Origin: Schmidtea polychroa
Lineage: Eukaryota
Assembly: GCA_044892525.1 (NCBI GenBank)
Contig: CM097886.1
Location: 39,432,001-39,496,000 of the forward strand
Length of the DNA stretch: 64,000 nucleotides
Direction: 5' to 3'
In this document: in pieces, positions 1 through 14,029 of the stretch
Numbering within the stretch: position 1 is the first letter of the stretch
How the letters are laid out: every line of letters begins with the position of its first letter
Position numbers and translations under genes: made by a program
Notes under the pieces: model-generated
Seen by the model: only the letters and a program-made list of their open reading frames with translations
What the model was told of the DNA's origin: nothing
The model's database searches: none

Positions 1-431
1 TATAAATTTTATTTATCTTAACAATATAAATATTATATTATTTTTAAAGAAGCGTTTAAAATAAAGAATTAGTTAATTCATCAGCGGTTTTTGAAAAAAA
101 ACTCCTAATTTTGGCTGTTGATGTATTTTTATATCTGTTACAATTCTCTGCCTTAGAACTTTGGAATCCATCAAATTTTAATATTTAAAAATCTTCAAAT
201 ACAGTCGATTCCGCTTAATTGGGACAAATCTCAAAGAACCGAAACCAAACCAAGAAACCAATAGTAAATTTATATGTTTAATTGGGACAACATTCCGCTT
301 AATTGGGACAGTAAATTTAAGATCACAGTACATATTATGTTACATATATTCTCAAGAAAAAATATGTACAAAGAATTTGATATGATGCGATGTCTCACAG
401 CTGATTGGCGCGGCGCTAAGCCGCGCCGATC

Positions 432-570
432 TTATTCAGTTACCAATACACCTGGTTCGTGACAACTGTCTCATTTGTTGTTTATTTTTCAGTCACGAAT
501 ACACCTCGCGCGTGACAACTGTCTCTTTTGTTGCTTATTTTTCAGTCACCAATACACCTCGCTCGTGAAC
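432..570. repeat. 53-bp tandem repeat (about 2.5 copies) in the Tigger 5' region
   Basis: CGTGAC/CGTGAAC anchors at 458, 511 and 564 with shared TTCAGTCACCAATACACCTCG flanks. Confidence 0.85.
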
Positions 571-627
571 AGCGCGTGAACTTATTTTTTGTCAATTTTA
601 TTTTTTAAAAATTTGACCCTTGCTAAA

Positions 628-2130
628 ATGCCAAGAAATGATTTGACACTTTCTAGTAAAATTGCTTTGCTAGATAAAATAAAAAGCCAGCCACTTAATA
701 CAAGTTATCGTCGTCTCGCTGAGATAACTGGTGTACCAAAATCTATCATATCGCGTGTCTTACGACAAGAAAGTCAACTGCGTGAGGAATTTCTATTACA
801 AGAAGGACAAGCAGGAACATCCAAAAGAAGACGCGAGGGAAGGATCCAGACGTCGAAGAAGCACTAGATCAATGGTTTTCTATTGTTAGTGGCAGAGGCG
901 TAAATATCAACGGCCCAATATTGAAGTCGAAGTCAGAGGAGTTAGCAAAAAAACTGGGCTGCAACGATTTCAAAGCAACTGATGGTTGGTTATCGCGATA
1001 GAAAGCAAAACACAATATTAAATTTAAAAAAGCGCAGGTGAAAAGGGCAGTGCCGAACAGTGGAAAACTACGAAAATTCCTACTATTTTTAGAAAATTTT
1101 TGTGCTGATGACATTTACAATGCTGATGAAACCGGCCTCTATTATCGTGCTACGCCAGATCGTTCCTTATGCTATAAACACATTGCACTGTCGGGTTATA
1201 AAAAGGCAATCTATCGCATTATTGTGTTATGCTGTACAAATATGTCAGGTACTGACAAACGACAGCTACTGATCATAGGAAAAAGTGCTAGACCTCGATG
1301 TTTTAAGGGGTTAAGAATGGAGGGTTTACCAGTGGAGTACCATGCAAATAAAAATGCATAGATGACTTCTGACATTTTTCGAAATTGGCTTACTAGTTGG
1401 GACAAAAATTTACAACTTAAACAAAGAAATATTTTGCTGCTTGTTGACAATTGTGCGGCACACCCTCATTTAGACAATCTATAAAATATACAGCTGGAAT
1501 TTCTTACTCATAATACCACATCGTTAGTGCAACCAATGGACATGGGGGTAATAAAAAATTTAAGACTTTGCATCGTGGAAAATTGGTTAATTACATATCC
1601 ATTGATAAAAATTTATTAACAAGTTCCACAACAGTCAGAAAGATTAGTTCAAAAATTTCCCTTTTGCAAGCAATACAGTTTGTCGCTGACAGTTGGAGAG
1701 CTATAAAAATCACTAAAATACAGAACTGTTTTACTAATTGCGGCTTTAAACCCTTAGATATTTGGGAAATTTTAAGCAAATGAGGATACGTTGCAAGTTG
1801 CTATTATTAATTATGAAGAATTTTCAACAATAAATAACAATTTACCATGTTACGATGATAAAGAAGACTGTGAGGATTCAATTGTAAAAGGTATTAAATC
1901 AAAACATGAAAAATTAGACGAAGATGATGATGATGATGAGTCAGTCACCTGTGCCTGTGACTAACCAGGAGGCAAAAAAATATATGGTCGTGTTACAGCG
2001 TTATTTTATGCAGGAAGAAAATTAAGGGAGGCCTACGTCCGCACTGAATATCTGTGCTGATTTTGTACAAGTGAAATGTTACAAAAACAAAAGACAGGCT
2101 ACACATGACTCATTTATGCATTGAATTAAA
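628..2130 (+). pseudogene. Tigger/pogo transposase (psq HTH, CENP-B HTH, DDE_1), with stops and frameshifts
   Basis: MPRNDLTLSSKIALLDKIK..., EEALDQWF...NGPILKSKSEELAKKLG..FKATDGWLSR, DDIYNADETGLYY, LLLVDNCAAH, PMDMGVIK. Split across several ORFs. Confidence 0.9.
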
Positions 2131-2607
2131 TTGTATGTACCTACCCATTTATTATTTTAATTAGGAAATATTTTTTTCTTAAAAGTTTATTTGTAATTTA
2201 TATGATAATTTATATTACCTATATGTAATTTACAGTTTCCAAGAGTTTATAAAATGAAATTATTGAAAAAAATGCATTGTTTAATTTTATTTGTGTATTA
2301 CTGGTTAATGGCCTTAGTTGCCAAAACCAAATCAATGAATTTAAAAAAATGTCCAAGTCCTGATGTGTCTCAATTAAGCGGAATCGACTGTATTTGGAGT
2401 TTATCAAAAATATTATGCTTTTGATGAAATTTGTTTTACTAAATTAATTTTCTTTGCGCAAAATTCAATTCTGTCATTTATTTTAACGTTTAACGAGTAA
2501 TTTCAAATTTCACTACTGATTTCTTTTTCATTGACCTTGTATTTATTAAAAATGCTTGCCAATGAATCAGTAAATATATCAAAAACATCCATATATTTAC
2601 TGGTCCA

Positions 2608-3151
2608 TCTAATATATAAAGATGAAAGTGTGTTTGTTTGTTTTCTATACAATTCCCCACCGTTGGACCTAGGGTGCTGAAATTTTGCACGTGACCTTCA
2701 TCTGACTCGGGGCAGGTCATAGGCTATGTTCCATTCCAGGTGACCACCCCTAGGGTACCATAAGTCGGTTTCTTTGTCTGTCCGGCCAGCAATTTACCAT
2801 ATAAATAATAATTTATTATATGCTTCCTACTTGCAGTTGAAAGTAATATAATTTAGTCAAAAGTTTTCAAAGCAGAATTCGAACATGGAGAATTTGAATT
2901 TTATTTGATTAGTGAACCAGTTTGCAATTTGAAAAATATTGCCTGTTATTTTTCGAAATAAATTGGAGTACGTTTTCGATTTTACAAATTGAAATTTATT
3001 TTGAAAGCTTTTCTTATTGTGAATTAAACATGTAATTGAATATGTTATAAAATTAATACTGGAACGTAATAACATCATTAAACAAAAAAATTAATTTAAA
3101 TGAATCATTATAATACATGTAAACTCGGGCGAAGCCGAGTAGAACAGCTAG
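2608..3151 (+). mobile_element. Non-autonomous Helitron (544 bp)
   Basis: 5' end A|TC (TCTAATATATAAAGATGAAAGTG). 3' hairpin ACTCGG-gcgaag-CCGAGT (3123-3140), then CTAG|T at 3148-3152. No TSD. Confidence 0.8.
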
Positions 3152-3689
3152 TAGTCTATATATATATATATATATATAGCTTAATGTCAGCTTGATTGGC
3201 TAATAAATAAAATTGGGCTAATCAAATTTTATATTGGGTGATCATTCAAATTAGATCTATTGTCGTACGAGCAGAAAACTGGACAGCGCCTGTTTAACCA
3301 TCGAATTAATACTGGAATTTATATATAAAGGCAGGTGAAAGAACCTAAAATGCTAGTTGGTCGAATAACGTGAAAGTGAATTAATTCTAGTTAAAAAGCG
3401 GAGTCAAAGTTGCGAAGCTAAAGTAAACAAAGAAATTAAAGCCGATTGTATTTTGATATTCATCGGGTGTCTGCGTTATGAATAATGAAATGTGAAATCA
3501 AGTGTTTCTAGTTTGGTTTGAAATGAAGCTGCTTTGCTAGGATTTAAATTTTATTTGGTAAATTATTGAACACGAGGAGTCAGATTGAGAGTTAATTCAC
3601 CTCGAAAAAATCAATAATATCCCAACAATTGAATGAAGAAACTAATGAATATATATAAAATAGTCTTGGCTGTACAGTCACAAAATTGC

Positions 3690-4015
3690 ACCATCACAAT
3701 AGATCTTATGCGAGATTTCTTTGAATCACGTACTAAAATTCAATACTAGTCAACAAGTAAAGCAGGTGAAGGGTTTACTTTAAAATGGCTTTCCATTTCA
3801 TTGATTTCTTGATGAAATCGTTCACCATACATCAGATACATCACATATGTTTTCATGAAAACATGGTGAGAATCCATAAAATGAAATTTAAGTGACATAT
3901 TATAACCTAGGATATAACAAAGTTCCTCATCATATTCTTGATCGAAGATTCAAAATTTATATCTTTATGTGATCCAAAAAAGAAGCATTTTGAAAAGACT
4001 ACCATGCTGCTTTTT
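3690..4015 (-). pseudogene. C-terminal transposase fragment, probably Chapaev3/CMC type
   Basis: Minus-strand translation AAW*SF...FGSHK...LGYNMSLKFHFMDSH...(ENICDVSD)...GERFHQEINEME...VD*Y*ILVRD resembles the family motif LGCNMSLKIHFLDSHLDFFPENLG.VSDEHGERFHQDI...LADYCW.L.RD. The Chapaev3 label is from recall. Confidence 0.6.
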
Positions 4016-7000
4016 AAACTGATGTGAGAATGTCATAAAAGGGCCGACATTGAAGCAGCGGCCTACGGTCTAATGAAAACACCTTCTGTTACTTTCACAG
4101 AACTCAGTTTAGTGAATTTAATGTTTTCCTGCGTGTGTGTATGTTATTATATGTCTAAAACATGTCTCATATTTCATGTTCATTATTACCTAACAGTCTT
4201 CGATCCTAAAGAGATAAATAATTGAACTGTTATGTCATAAAATAGATTTTAGAATTTTCCAGACTTTGGATTATTTAATATGACGACCACAAAAAGCTTA
4301 GGAATATCCGAATTGCTGAAGATTATTCCGCAACAAAAAATGTTGAAGATCTTGAAGAATTTGTCATTGTCAATAAAAAGCTATTTTGATATGATCAAAC
4401 TAGATGAACTGCAAAGAAATGTCGTTGTTCGGGCATATTTAGACGAGAGAACCAGAAAGAAATATGATGAAATTCCATTTGAAAACAATTTGAAAGAAAG
4501 ATTAAGAAAGACCTTTGAAGCACAAGCAAATCTAGTGAAAGATTTACAAAACGATTTGAGATATCGAAAAGCCAATTCAACTGTCGACGACTACATTAAG
4601 ACTAGGGAAAATGTTGAGCGTTTAATGAGGCACAAAATTACAAGAACTAAATTAACAGTATTTTTTATTAAAATATTATTTGGATTGTGAAGAAGACAGA
4701 AGAGAAATTCAGCTTTACGAAATTGCAGAGGACTTAATTAAAGCGAAACTCTACAAAGAAGAAAGGAAAGTTGACAATGAATTTTGAAAAAAGTGGAAGA
4801 ATCGAAACTCAATGAAAATGTAGCTGCAATGAATAAAATGAGCTATTGTAGAAGTGGTTCATAATAATTACAATCCAATGAAGTTTAAACCTTTGTATAA
4901 AAATAATAATTTCCAAAATAGAAAAAATGAAATTTTCAGTAGACCCAATTCATTTTTTCTACGCTAAATTCAATGTTATGCTTGCAAAGAAGGTCATATC
5001 AGACGAAAATGTCCAAATATTAAATGTTTCCATTGCAATGGGCATTTAAAATCTCACTGTTTTGACAGGCATGCTGGGTGATACCAATCACATAGATTTC
5101 AAAGACCCAGCAATAGCAGAGGCAGCGAGAATTTTATAAATTTCAATAAAAAAACATTACGACAATAAACTTATAGAAATAATGTAAAAATTTGGGAATA
5201 ATGGAATTATAAAAAAAATATGAATCCACTTGGAATTCACTGATTTTCTGTGTTGCGAAGAAAAATACAAATGATATTCGAATGTCCTTAGACTTAAGAT
5301 TATTAGATTTTTAGGCCGACATTTTCAATTCCTAATATTGATGAAATGTTGTACTCATTATATAGGTATATGTATTTTAGTTCAATCGATTTAGGAAACG
5401 CGTCCTATCAAGTTGAACTTGAAGAAGAATCAAAATAAATAACGGGTTTTTCAACAAAATATGGACAGTTTTGTTTTAATAGAATGCCGTTTGGCATAGC
5501 AGCAGATTCATCAATATTCCAAAAACAAATGTCTATCATAGTTGGAGATATGATGTGGAAGAAAGAATTGGTATATTTTCAAGACGATTGATAAGAAACG
5601 TTTTGAAAAATAATTTGAAAGAATTAGCGATTCAGGATTGAAAATCAATTTCGATAAATGTAAATTTTTAGTAACATACTTAAAATTTATGGAACACGTG
5701 ATAAATAGAGGTGTTAAAACTGACCCTGAGAAAATTAGCACTATGATTAATTTTAGAAAATCTTATTGTGTAAAACACCGCAGTTTTTTAAGATTGATAA
5801 ATTAATACCGTAAAATTTATTTAAAATTATTCAAGTATATCCTAACCTTTAGAAAAATTAATTACGTCTACTAATAAAAAGATTCAATGGTCTGATGAAT
5901 GCAAAAACTTTTTTGACAAACTTAAATATCAAATGGTCAACGCACCGATATTTGCACATCCGGATTTTGGAAAAGAATTTATTCTTGAGACAGATGCTAG
6001 TTTCGACACCATTTATTTGCCATATTATCACAAAGGATTAGTTCCAATAATGAATACGTTATAGCTTATGGTTTTAAGAGTTTGAATACTCGCGAGATTA
6101 GTTATTGCATAACAAGAAAATAATTGTGGTCTGTATTTCAATTTACACAACATTTCTAACATTACCTTTATGGAAGAAAATTCACATTACGCACTGATCA
6201 TAAAGCTATAACATTTTTAATGACAACAAAGAAACCAATAACATTCCAATTTCAAAATTTTATCACATTTTTGAGTAGTTTGAATATGAAATTAGAATAT
6301 CACAAAGACGAATTACATTTCAACGTAGATGCTTTATCTAGAACGAATATTAAACAGTGGTCACAGTGCAACATCAATCATCCAGATGCAAAAGTGAAGA
6401 AAATGGGAACTCGAATTTTGGCAATGACCGACAATGGAGGCATATTAAAATGGCAAAATTAGGTCGATGAAATCGAAAAGATTAAATATGAAAGTAAAAT
6501 GTATATTCCGAAAGGAAAGAGTAAAACTTCTAAAAAAGAAATTCACAAAGAACTTTGTTACGTGGTTATTGAAAAGAATAAAGAGTACATTAGAAATATA
6601 TTTTTGTTCCGTTAGTAGATGGAATCACTAAAATTGTGATTATTGCTTCTGAAAGAAAGGTTTTTACATGAAAAACATGTGAACTAGTTAATAGATTGAG
6701 TTTTCATTGATTTTTGTGGTCCACTACAGATAATATTAGTGGGAAAAGGTATATTATGGTCATGATTGACCAATTTAGTAAATATGTTGTTTTAGAACCT
6801 GCTAAAACCGATTATGAGAGGACGGTCTGTAACATTCTATTAAATAAATGGATATTAAAATTTGGTTCACAAAAGTAATCTACGTAGATATAGGGAAATG
6901 TTTTGAATCAAAAGAATTTCAACTACTGGCAACTGAATATATCGAGTCCATATCATCACCATACAAATGGCCAGGTGGAAAGAAATTTCGAACAATACGA

Positions 7001-7059
7001 AATTGGATAGTGTTGTATTAATTATCAGTTGTACAAAAACTGGGAAGATGCATTACCAC

Positions 7060-9296
7060 TAGGGTTTCTAACAGCTGTTTAAACTTGAACAAGAAACCGC
7101 TGTTTTGTTGTCCAAAAATCAAAAACAGGAAACAGCTGTTTTTTTAGAACTGTTTTTTTCAAAGCCTAAATGTATTTAGAAACTTTTTAATAAAAAGCCA
7201 TTACAACTATTTTCAAATAATCTTGTGAAGGGTAAAACGTTCGAGGTATCAGAAGAAATTTTCTTAATTTATTTTAACGCGAAAATACATAAAATAGTAA
7301 GTATATATAAATGTTAAGTGAATTAATAATTATTGACTTGCAATATTTAATGCTGAGTTCGATTTTAGTAATGTCAGTGTAAGAATATGCAACAAAACGT
7401 AAAAATCCAAACACAAAAGAACTTGAAGGACAGTGCCACTGGTGCAACAAAATTATAAAATGTTCTGGCGATTCAACGACTATATTGAAGAATCACTTAA
7501 AAACTCGCGGAATAGTCTTCAATAAACCAATTCATCCAAAGGAATCCAGGCAGCAAGCAGTGAGTAAGAAACAATCGATGACAAAGGATATGTTTGTAAA
7601 GAAAATGACTTTGAAAAAGATTATTAGCGACCTTGCAACCGACACCATATCAATACATGCTATTACAAGTAGTAAATACATTCGTCAATCAATATCTTGT
7701 GGTGGATTCACACTTCCGAAAAATGAAAGCTATGTGATGAAATTGCTCCACGAAAAATTTGATGAGAAAAAAGCTTTGATGATTGAAAATATTCGCAAGT
7801 TGGTTGAACATGAAGCAAAATTCAGTCTTTCTATTGATGAATGGACAAGTATAAGAGGTCGAAAATATTTTGGAATTAATCTACATAACATCATCAACAA
7901 GACTACTGATTCGCATCTTAGGCTCATGTTCTGCTCTGGACATGATTGATATTGTCAAAGATCATTTAAATAATTCTAAATTATCGCTAGAAAAGGATAT
8001 AGTGGGCTCAACATTTGATGGTGCAGCGGTCAACAAAAAGTTTATTCGTCATGATGAAATAATTGGACAGTTGTGCCTTAATCATAGCATTCATCTGGGA
8101 GTTTGCGACACTATACAAAAAGAAGAATTTAGAGCGAGATGTTAGTGACACTTCTCTTTTCGACACCGATGATGCTTTTGAAACGGATGAGTTTGAAGAA
8201 AATGCTGATATTCTATTCATCGAAGAAAATTATTCTGACGCAGAGACTGACTACAAAGAACTTCTTTTGAAATCTCGAAAACTTGTTAAATTCATCAAGC
8301 GATCTTCCGTAAAAAATCAAGCTTTCCAATGGTATGTTGCTGAGTTAGGTCATGAGAAAGAACTCCTCTTGGACGTTAAAACACGACGGAATTCTATTCC
8401 GACAATGTTGGAATTACTGGTAAAAACTGAAAACTCAATTCGCCTAACTCTTGCCGATTTCAACTCTTCTCACCTCATCGACGACGTTAATTTCGATGAT
8501 CTTAAAAATCTTCTCATCGCATTGGAGCCGGTTAAGCTGGCAGTAGAGAATTTAAGTCGAGAAGATGCTACGTTAGTGACAGCTGATATAATCATTACGT
8601 TTATGCTCAATAAACTCGCTGAAATGAATGATGATATCAGTCAAACATTATGAAAATTTGAAGCGTCGAATCAATGAGCGATGGAATACTGGTATAATGA
8701 ACCTTTTGAGAAGTCTCAGGGATTGTTCAATAGCACCTACAAAAAATGCACTCGATTTTGCTGGCAAGCTTGCATCCCGAATTTTTCGAGTCGTTGATGT
8801 CCAAACGTCTGAGCCAGAAGTTGATAACGCTCAAGAGGAACATTTTTCACTTCAAGACCAATTAAATTTTCTACTGCAGAAAGATGAAATATCAAAACCA
8901 ATTGTACGACGAATTTAAATGGCTCAAGAGTGAATTTATTCTCTTTAAGAATACTGGTCAACGAACAGAACATCTTCAAAAAATGATGCCTTGTTATCAG
9001 TTAAGCCTACTTCCACTGATGTTGAACGTGTTTTCTCATTAGGCGCTCATTACTGTACAAAGATAAGATCTCGCCTATTAGAAAAACCTTATAATACGCT
9101 TGTTTTCCTAAAATATTATTATAATAAGTCACGCATAAAGAAAAATTTCATTTAGGTAATAATAAACTATTAGTTGAATAAAAATCTAGCTGTGGTTTTA
9201 TGACTTTTTTTAAAAAAACAGTAAAAACAGCTGTTTTTTGAAAATAAAAAACAGAGAACAGCTATTTTTTTAAAGTACTGTTTTTAAGAAACCCTA
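7060..9296 (+). mobile_element. hAT DNA transposon, Ac family, full length, defective
   Basis: TIR TAGGGTTTCT...AGAAACCCTA. 8-bp TSD ATTACCAC (7052-7059) / ATTAGCAC (9297-9304), fitting nTnnnnAn. Subterminal AACAGCTGTTT repeats at both ends. Confidence 0.95.
7371..9155 (+). pseudogene. hAT transposase (BED zinc finger, DDE, dimerisation domain), disrupted
   Basis: MSV*EYA...CHWCNKIIKCSGDSTTILKNHLK (BED finger). FSLSIDEWTS, STFDGAAVN, CLNHSIHL, DVKTRRNS, PTSTDVERVFS. Multiple frameshifts. Confidence 0.92.
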
Positions 9297-9615
9297 ATTA
9301 GCACAAACAAAATATACATTAAATGTCACAGTTCAGAAGACTACTAAACATTTCCCAGTAGAAATTATATTTGGCAAACGCATAAACAAACATTGTTAAG
9401 TGCAACGAGACATAACAACAGATGAAAACATACCGTACTATATCGAAAATATCAATAGGAAGCAGCAGTGAGTAATGCAAGAAATGTATTCTTTCTCTTA
9501 AGCCATTCTACATTTTTTGTTATTATTTTATCATTTGACATTCTTATTTCAGAGCTCATGTCATGTTGGTTATTACACCTCGACTGTCGAGGCTCGACAT
9601 TTGTCTTCTTTATAG

Positions 9616-10406
9616 CAGTGTTTCCCAAACTTTTGGTACTGCGTCATTTGACTGATCATTTTCATTATATAATGTACTACTTTGCTTTAAAATTTTATAT
9701 GATTAAATTTTTTTATAATATCTTTTTTAAAATATACGACCTTTAAATTAATAGCATTAATGAAAAATTAAATACGTTTATAACTGAAATATTGTAAAAT
9801 AAAAATACTATACTTAATTTATTGCAATTAATGAGAAGGATAAAATTGCTTATGTCGAGATAATAATTCATCATAATTTGGTTCTCTGTTGGTTAATTTT
9901 AATCTTAGATGAGATTCAACATCTAAAAGCCTATTTATAAAAGCCTAAAAAATATTCGGCGTCACTATCAAAATCAATAAGACTTAAAAATCTAAAAACA
10001 AATTTTTTCTGGTTAATAGAAAAAATTAAAGTTCAATAGGAATTATTATGAAACAGTTGGTTTAAATTTAAATAAAGATTAAATTTATAAAATAATTCTA
10101 AAAATAAATTTAAAACGAAGCGATTTACATTTTAATTACATTTATATAAAAGATTTTTTTTTACTTTATTTACTTTATGCTTTGATTTTTAAACTTATTT
10201 TATTTTTAAAAATATATTATTGATTCGAAAATATAAACAATAAATAAAAAACAAGATTATATTTATATTTTTCTGTATTAATAAAATTTTAATAAGACAT
10301 TTTAATCTAATTAAATTTTTTTTATTTATCTTTTAATATTTAGATAATAGAAGATTAAAAAGGCCACCAAAAAAATCCATCGCGTACCCCGGTTTGGGAA
10401 ACACTA
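9616..10406. mobile_element. Buster/Charlie-type hAT MITE (791 bp)
   Basis: TIR CAGTGTTTCCCAAAC / GTTTGGGAAACACTA. Perfect 8-bp TSD CTTTATAG (9608-9615, 10407-10414). Confidence 0.93.
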
Positions 10407-11675
10407 CTTTATAGCATAAATCTTTTCTAAATAACACATCTTTAAAATTTCTATATTCATTCTATTCGAACAATTTTGATTTTACTTAACTTTATTTTGA
10501 ATATCTAATCATTCGTGATATGTAATGATATATAATTCGCGCTGCTTCAAATTTTAATATCCAGTGATTCTTTATGGTCATTAAAGTAATTTTCATCTTG
10601 GGCATTCACTGTATGATAGATATTTGACACATATTTTCTTTGCTGATCAATTATAACTTGTTTTTTTTTTATTTTTGGCCTTAATTTTAAATTAATTTGA
10701 AATATAGATGTTAAATTAAAATATAATAATTGGAAATAATTGGCACTTAGCATCAATAATAGCTAGCCAACAAGATATTCAAAGCTATATCGTGAATATT
10801 GTATAAATAAACAAACTTACTGTAAAATTACATTAGTCATATAGTAATGAAACGTTTTAATGAGCTTTTAGTTTACAAACCATGGAATTCAAACTTAAAG
10901 GAACCAATTTTAACATTCTTATTTGTTTCTTTTTTATAGAACCAAGTATGGTACAAATTAAAACTAGTAAAAACCATGATCATTAGAAAAAAAATATTCT
11001 TCATGATCAAAAATTAAGTTTTTGAAGACGATTTAAGATGTTCTTTCGAGAGATTAACCCTTGAACATAATCTTTCGGTTAAGATGTAACTTAATTGTTT
11101 AAATAAATAATTTTCTGTTTTTTAAGATTAATTTTTTATACAAACTTTAAATCTATTCAATGTATAAGATAATTTTCGATTTTGTTCAAAGTAAAATTGG
11201 TCGTTTTCATTTTTAGTCACTGTTTTAAATTAAATAGCTAAATATCTTCAAAAAAATTGTACAGATTTGTAATCTTTTGCAAATTGTCGTTAGATATAAT
11301 TTATTTTGTTTTTATTTAAGTACTTTTTTTACATCTTTTTTTATTTAATATAAAAAAACTGAACGTTGTGAAATGAAATATTTAAACAACTTTCATCTCG
11401 ACGAGTTTTATTATTTTCTTTAACATTACTGAATTGATATAAATATTTTTACTAAATTAAATTACTAACATGATTTTAAATATTTAATTTATTTTAAATA
11501 TCACAAACAATTCAGTGACAATTAATTTAATATTAAACATCTTTATACCATATATCTAGGTTAATTACTAACACTAATAAATCAGTATTTCGTTTTCTAC
11601 TTTATTGAAAATTAAATATTTTATTATGCACAAAATATAAATAATATTTTTATATTGTATTGTATTTGTATTTAG

Positions 11676-13958
11676 ACTACAAAGAAACTACACAAATTGA
11701 TTGACCTTCGAGATTATGATGTTGAAGAATTATTTTCAAAGTCAATTCTTACAGCATCTAAAAATGGCAGTAGGGATAATCTAGATTTAATAGGAAGTAG
11801 ATTGAATGAAACTCAATCATTTTTACATTTTCGATCTTCAACAAGAAATAATAGAATTGATTTAGAAAAAAAATATTTTGAAGTAAGATTTTGTGTAAAA
11901 TATATTTGATAATCTAATTTCATTGAATATAATTAATTCTCATCAATTCAATAAACTAACTAATTCATTATAGTTTCAAGTCACAAAAAATGGCTTTAAT
12001 ATAATGTTTCCTTGACATTTGAAAATTATACTACTAAATTCAAACTTTTTAAAAGTCCATTATTTCAGTGAGAATATAATCTACAAAGAACTATAACTAT
12101 AATGATTATAATTATAATATACATTTTATTTTTATTAAAAAATTTATGGCTTCACATATACTCAATTTTGCAGTTGCGAATATTTCATCTGTGCTAGGTG
12201 TGTGTAGCACTCTAAATGAAAAGTTGAAAAGTTTTACTTTCTCATTTAGTTTCATATTTAAATTCTATATCAATTTTTGTTAGTGTTTATAAACAGGCAA
12301 TTCAGAGTTTGACAGTAGTGAATTTGTGCCAATTTTATACCACATGTGTGCTCTTTTACACCGCACTGCAATTGATAACGACCACCAATAGTATAAAAAA
12401 TAATCAATAAATTATATTATAAGATACATACATACTCACTCGTGTGTTGAAAATTACACCTGCCAATTTATTATACAATTCCAGAAAGGTTATTATGAAA
12501 CAAGCGATAAAATACACTACCTAAAAAAGACACATCCATTGTTAATAAAATATTTTTTTAATGAAATTGAAAGTATTTAAGAGGCTATTAGCCCAAATAT
12601 ATTTTCATTTTAGGAAAAATGAAGAAAGAAATTCATGGGTTTTATTTGTTCTTTGTATGTAAAATCCTGCAAAAACACCATAAAGTTTTTTATCAAATGC
12701 AACGCGGTGTTATTTGCGATTAATACAAATAGAGTATAGTTCAACGTTTACACTTATTTAATATGTTACTTATTTTATACTATCTATTTTTAAAATAGAT
12801 AACTTTTTGTAAAAAAACCTTATTTTCAATTGTTAATTACTATTTAACATGTACTAAATATATTTTATTGCCCTCTGAATTTTATAATACACCTCTTATC
12901 TGCGTAAAATTATATAATAAGATAATGCTTCCTGATAAATTGAGATATCGGATGAATACTGAATTGTTATTTTGATTTTTCACATACATTTTTACCAATC
13001 ATTTAAATGAAAATAATTAAAAATGAGTTTATTAACAGGAATAACCATTTTTCAAGTAGTCAGTCAGATATGTAAATTGCTTAAAACTTGATGATGAGCA
13101 CAAAATATCTCACCCTAATATAAGATGGACTATTATTATATGATATTAGAATTTTTTTAATTATAGTAAAGTAAGACATTTGTTAGGTATTGTAAATCAA
13201 GTTTATTGAATAAACAAGCGATTAGACAAAACCAATTTAGATATTGTTAAGTTTTATTTCAAAAAATGAAAAACAGTCAGTGTCTGACTCTGTGTTCTTT
13301 CATAAAAAAGAAAAATTTTAACTTGATAGAATATATAAATTGATTATGTTGAACTGATTGACTTTATTGTTGGATGTTAAGTCTGCTTATTCAAAAGTAA
13401 TAGTCACATTTAAAAATTTCCAACTATATTTTTCTAATCAGTTGCCTTCTTTTTATAAATTCACTCTCCTAATATCATTTTCCTTTCTTTTCTTTCAACA
13501 TTCCCTAATCTTTTGTTTATTTAACTATCATTAATCATTTTGTCATGAAAATCCATTTTGTTGACTTTTCTGTATGTTACTCAACTCGAATTTTTAGTTT
13601 TTATTAATCAATTACCAATTTTGTCGTTTTCCAAATATTTCCTGCTTTTTATTATATGGTAGTATTATGTGAGTCTTCGTCATTGATTATATTTCTTGAC
13701 CATTTTCCAGATTTTATAATTATAATTTATTGATTCTTCGTAAATTCACATTTATATGCTTTTGACGTCTATACACTTTTCGAATGTTTCCATAACTCAT
13801 TTTTGTCATATTTCCCTTGCTCTCATTATTTTCTTTGCTTTGCTTTTATATCTTTAGCTTCTGTTCTATTTTTAAAAAAAATTAAAATTTTTACAATTCA
13901 TTCAGAGTGAAGACAATGATAAATACAACTTTTAAATTGAACGTAAAAATGCAAGATA

Positions 13959-14029
<71 letters not shown>

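Larger units (their letters stand above)
202..2390 (+). mobile_element. Tigger/pogo-family (Tc1/mariner superfamily) DNA transposon, full length, defective
   Basis: 25-bp TIRs: CAGTCGATTCCGCTTAATTGGGACA (202-226) and the reverse complement of 2366-2390, 1 mismatch. TA TSD at 200-201 and 2391-2392. Contains the disrupted transposase below. Confidence 0.95.
3261..9460 (+). mobile_element. Ty3/Gypsy LTR retrotransposon, decayed (5' LTR candidate 3261-3627, gag, pol), interrupted by a hAT and a Chapaev-like fragment
   Basis: TG...CCCAACA LTR candidate similar to 33320-33594. gag 4280-5200 with two CCHC knuckles (CYACKEGHIRRKC, CFHCNGHLKSHC). RT (IDL..., FNRMPFGI, YFQDD) 5280-5900. RNase H (FILETDAS, FTLRTDHKA) 5960-6340. 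Integrase (DFCGPL, IDQFSKY) 6700-7059, continuing 9305-9460. No 3' LTR recognised. Confidence 0.88.
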
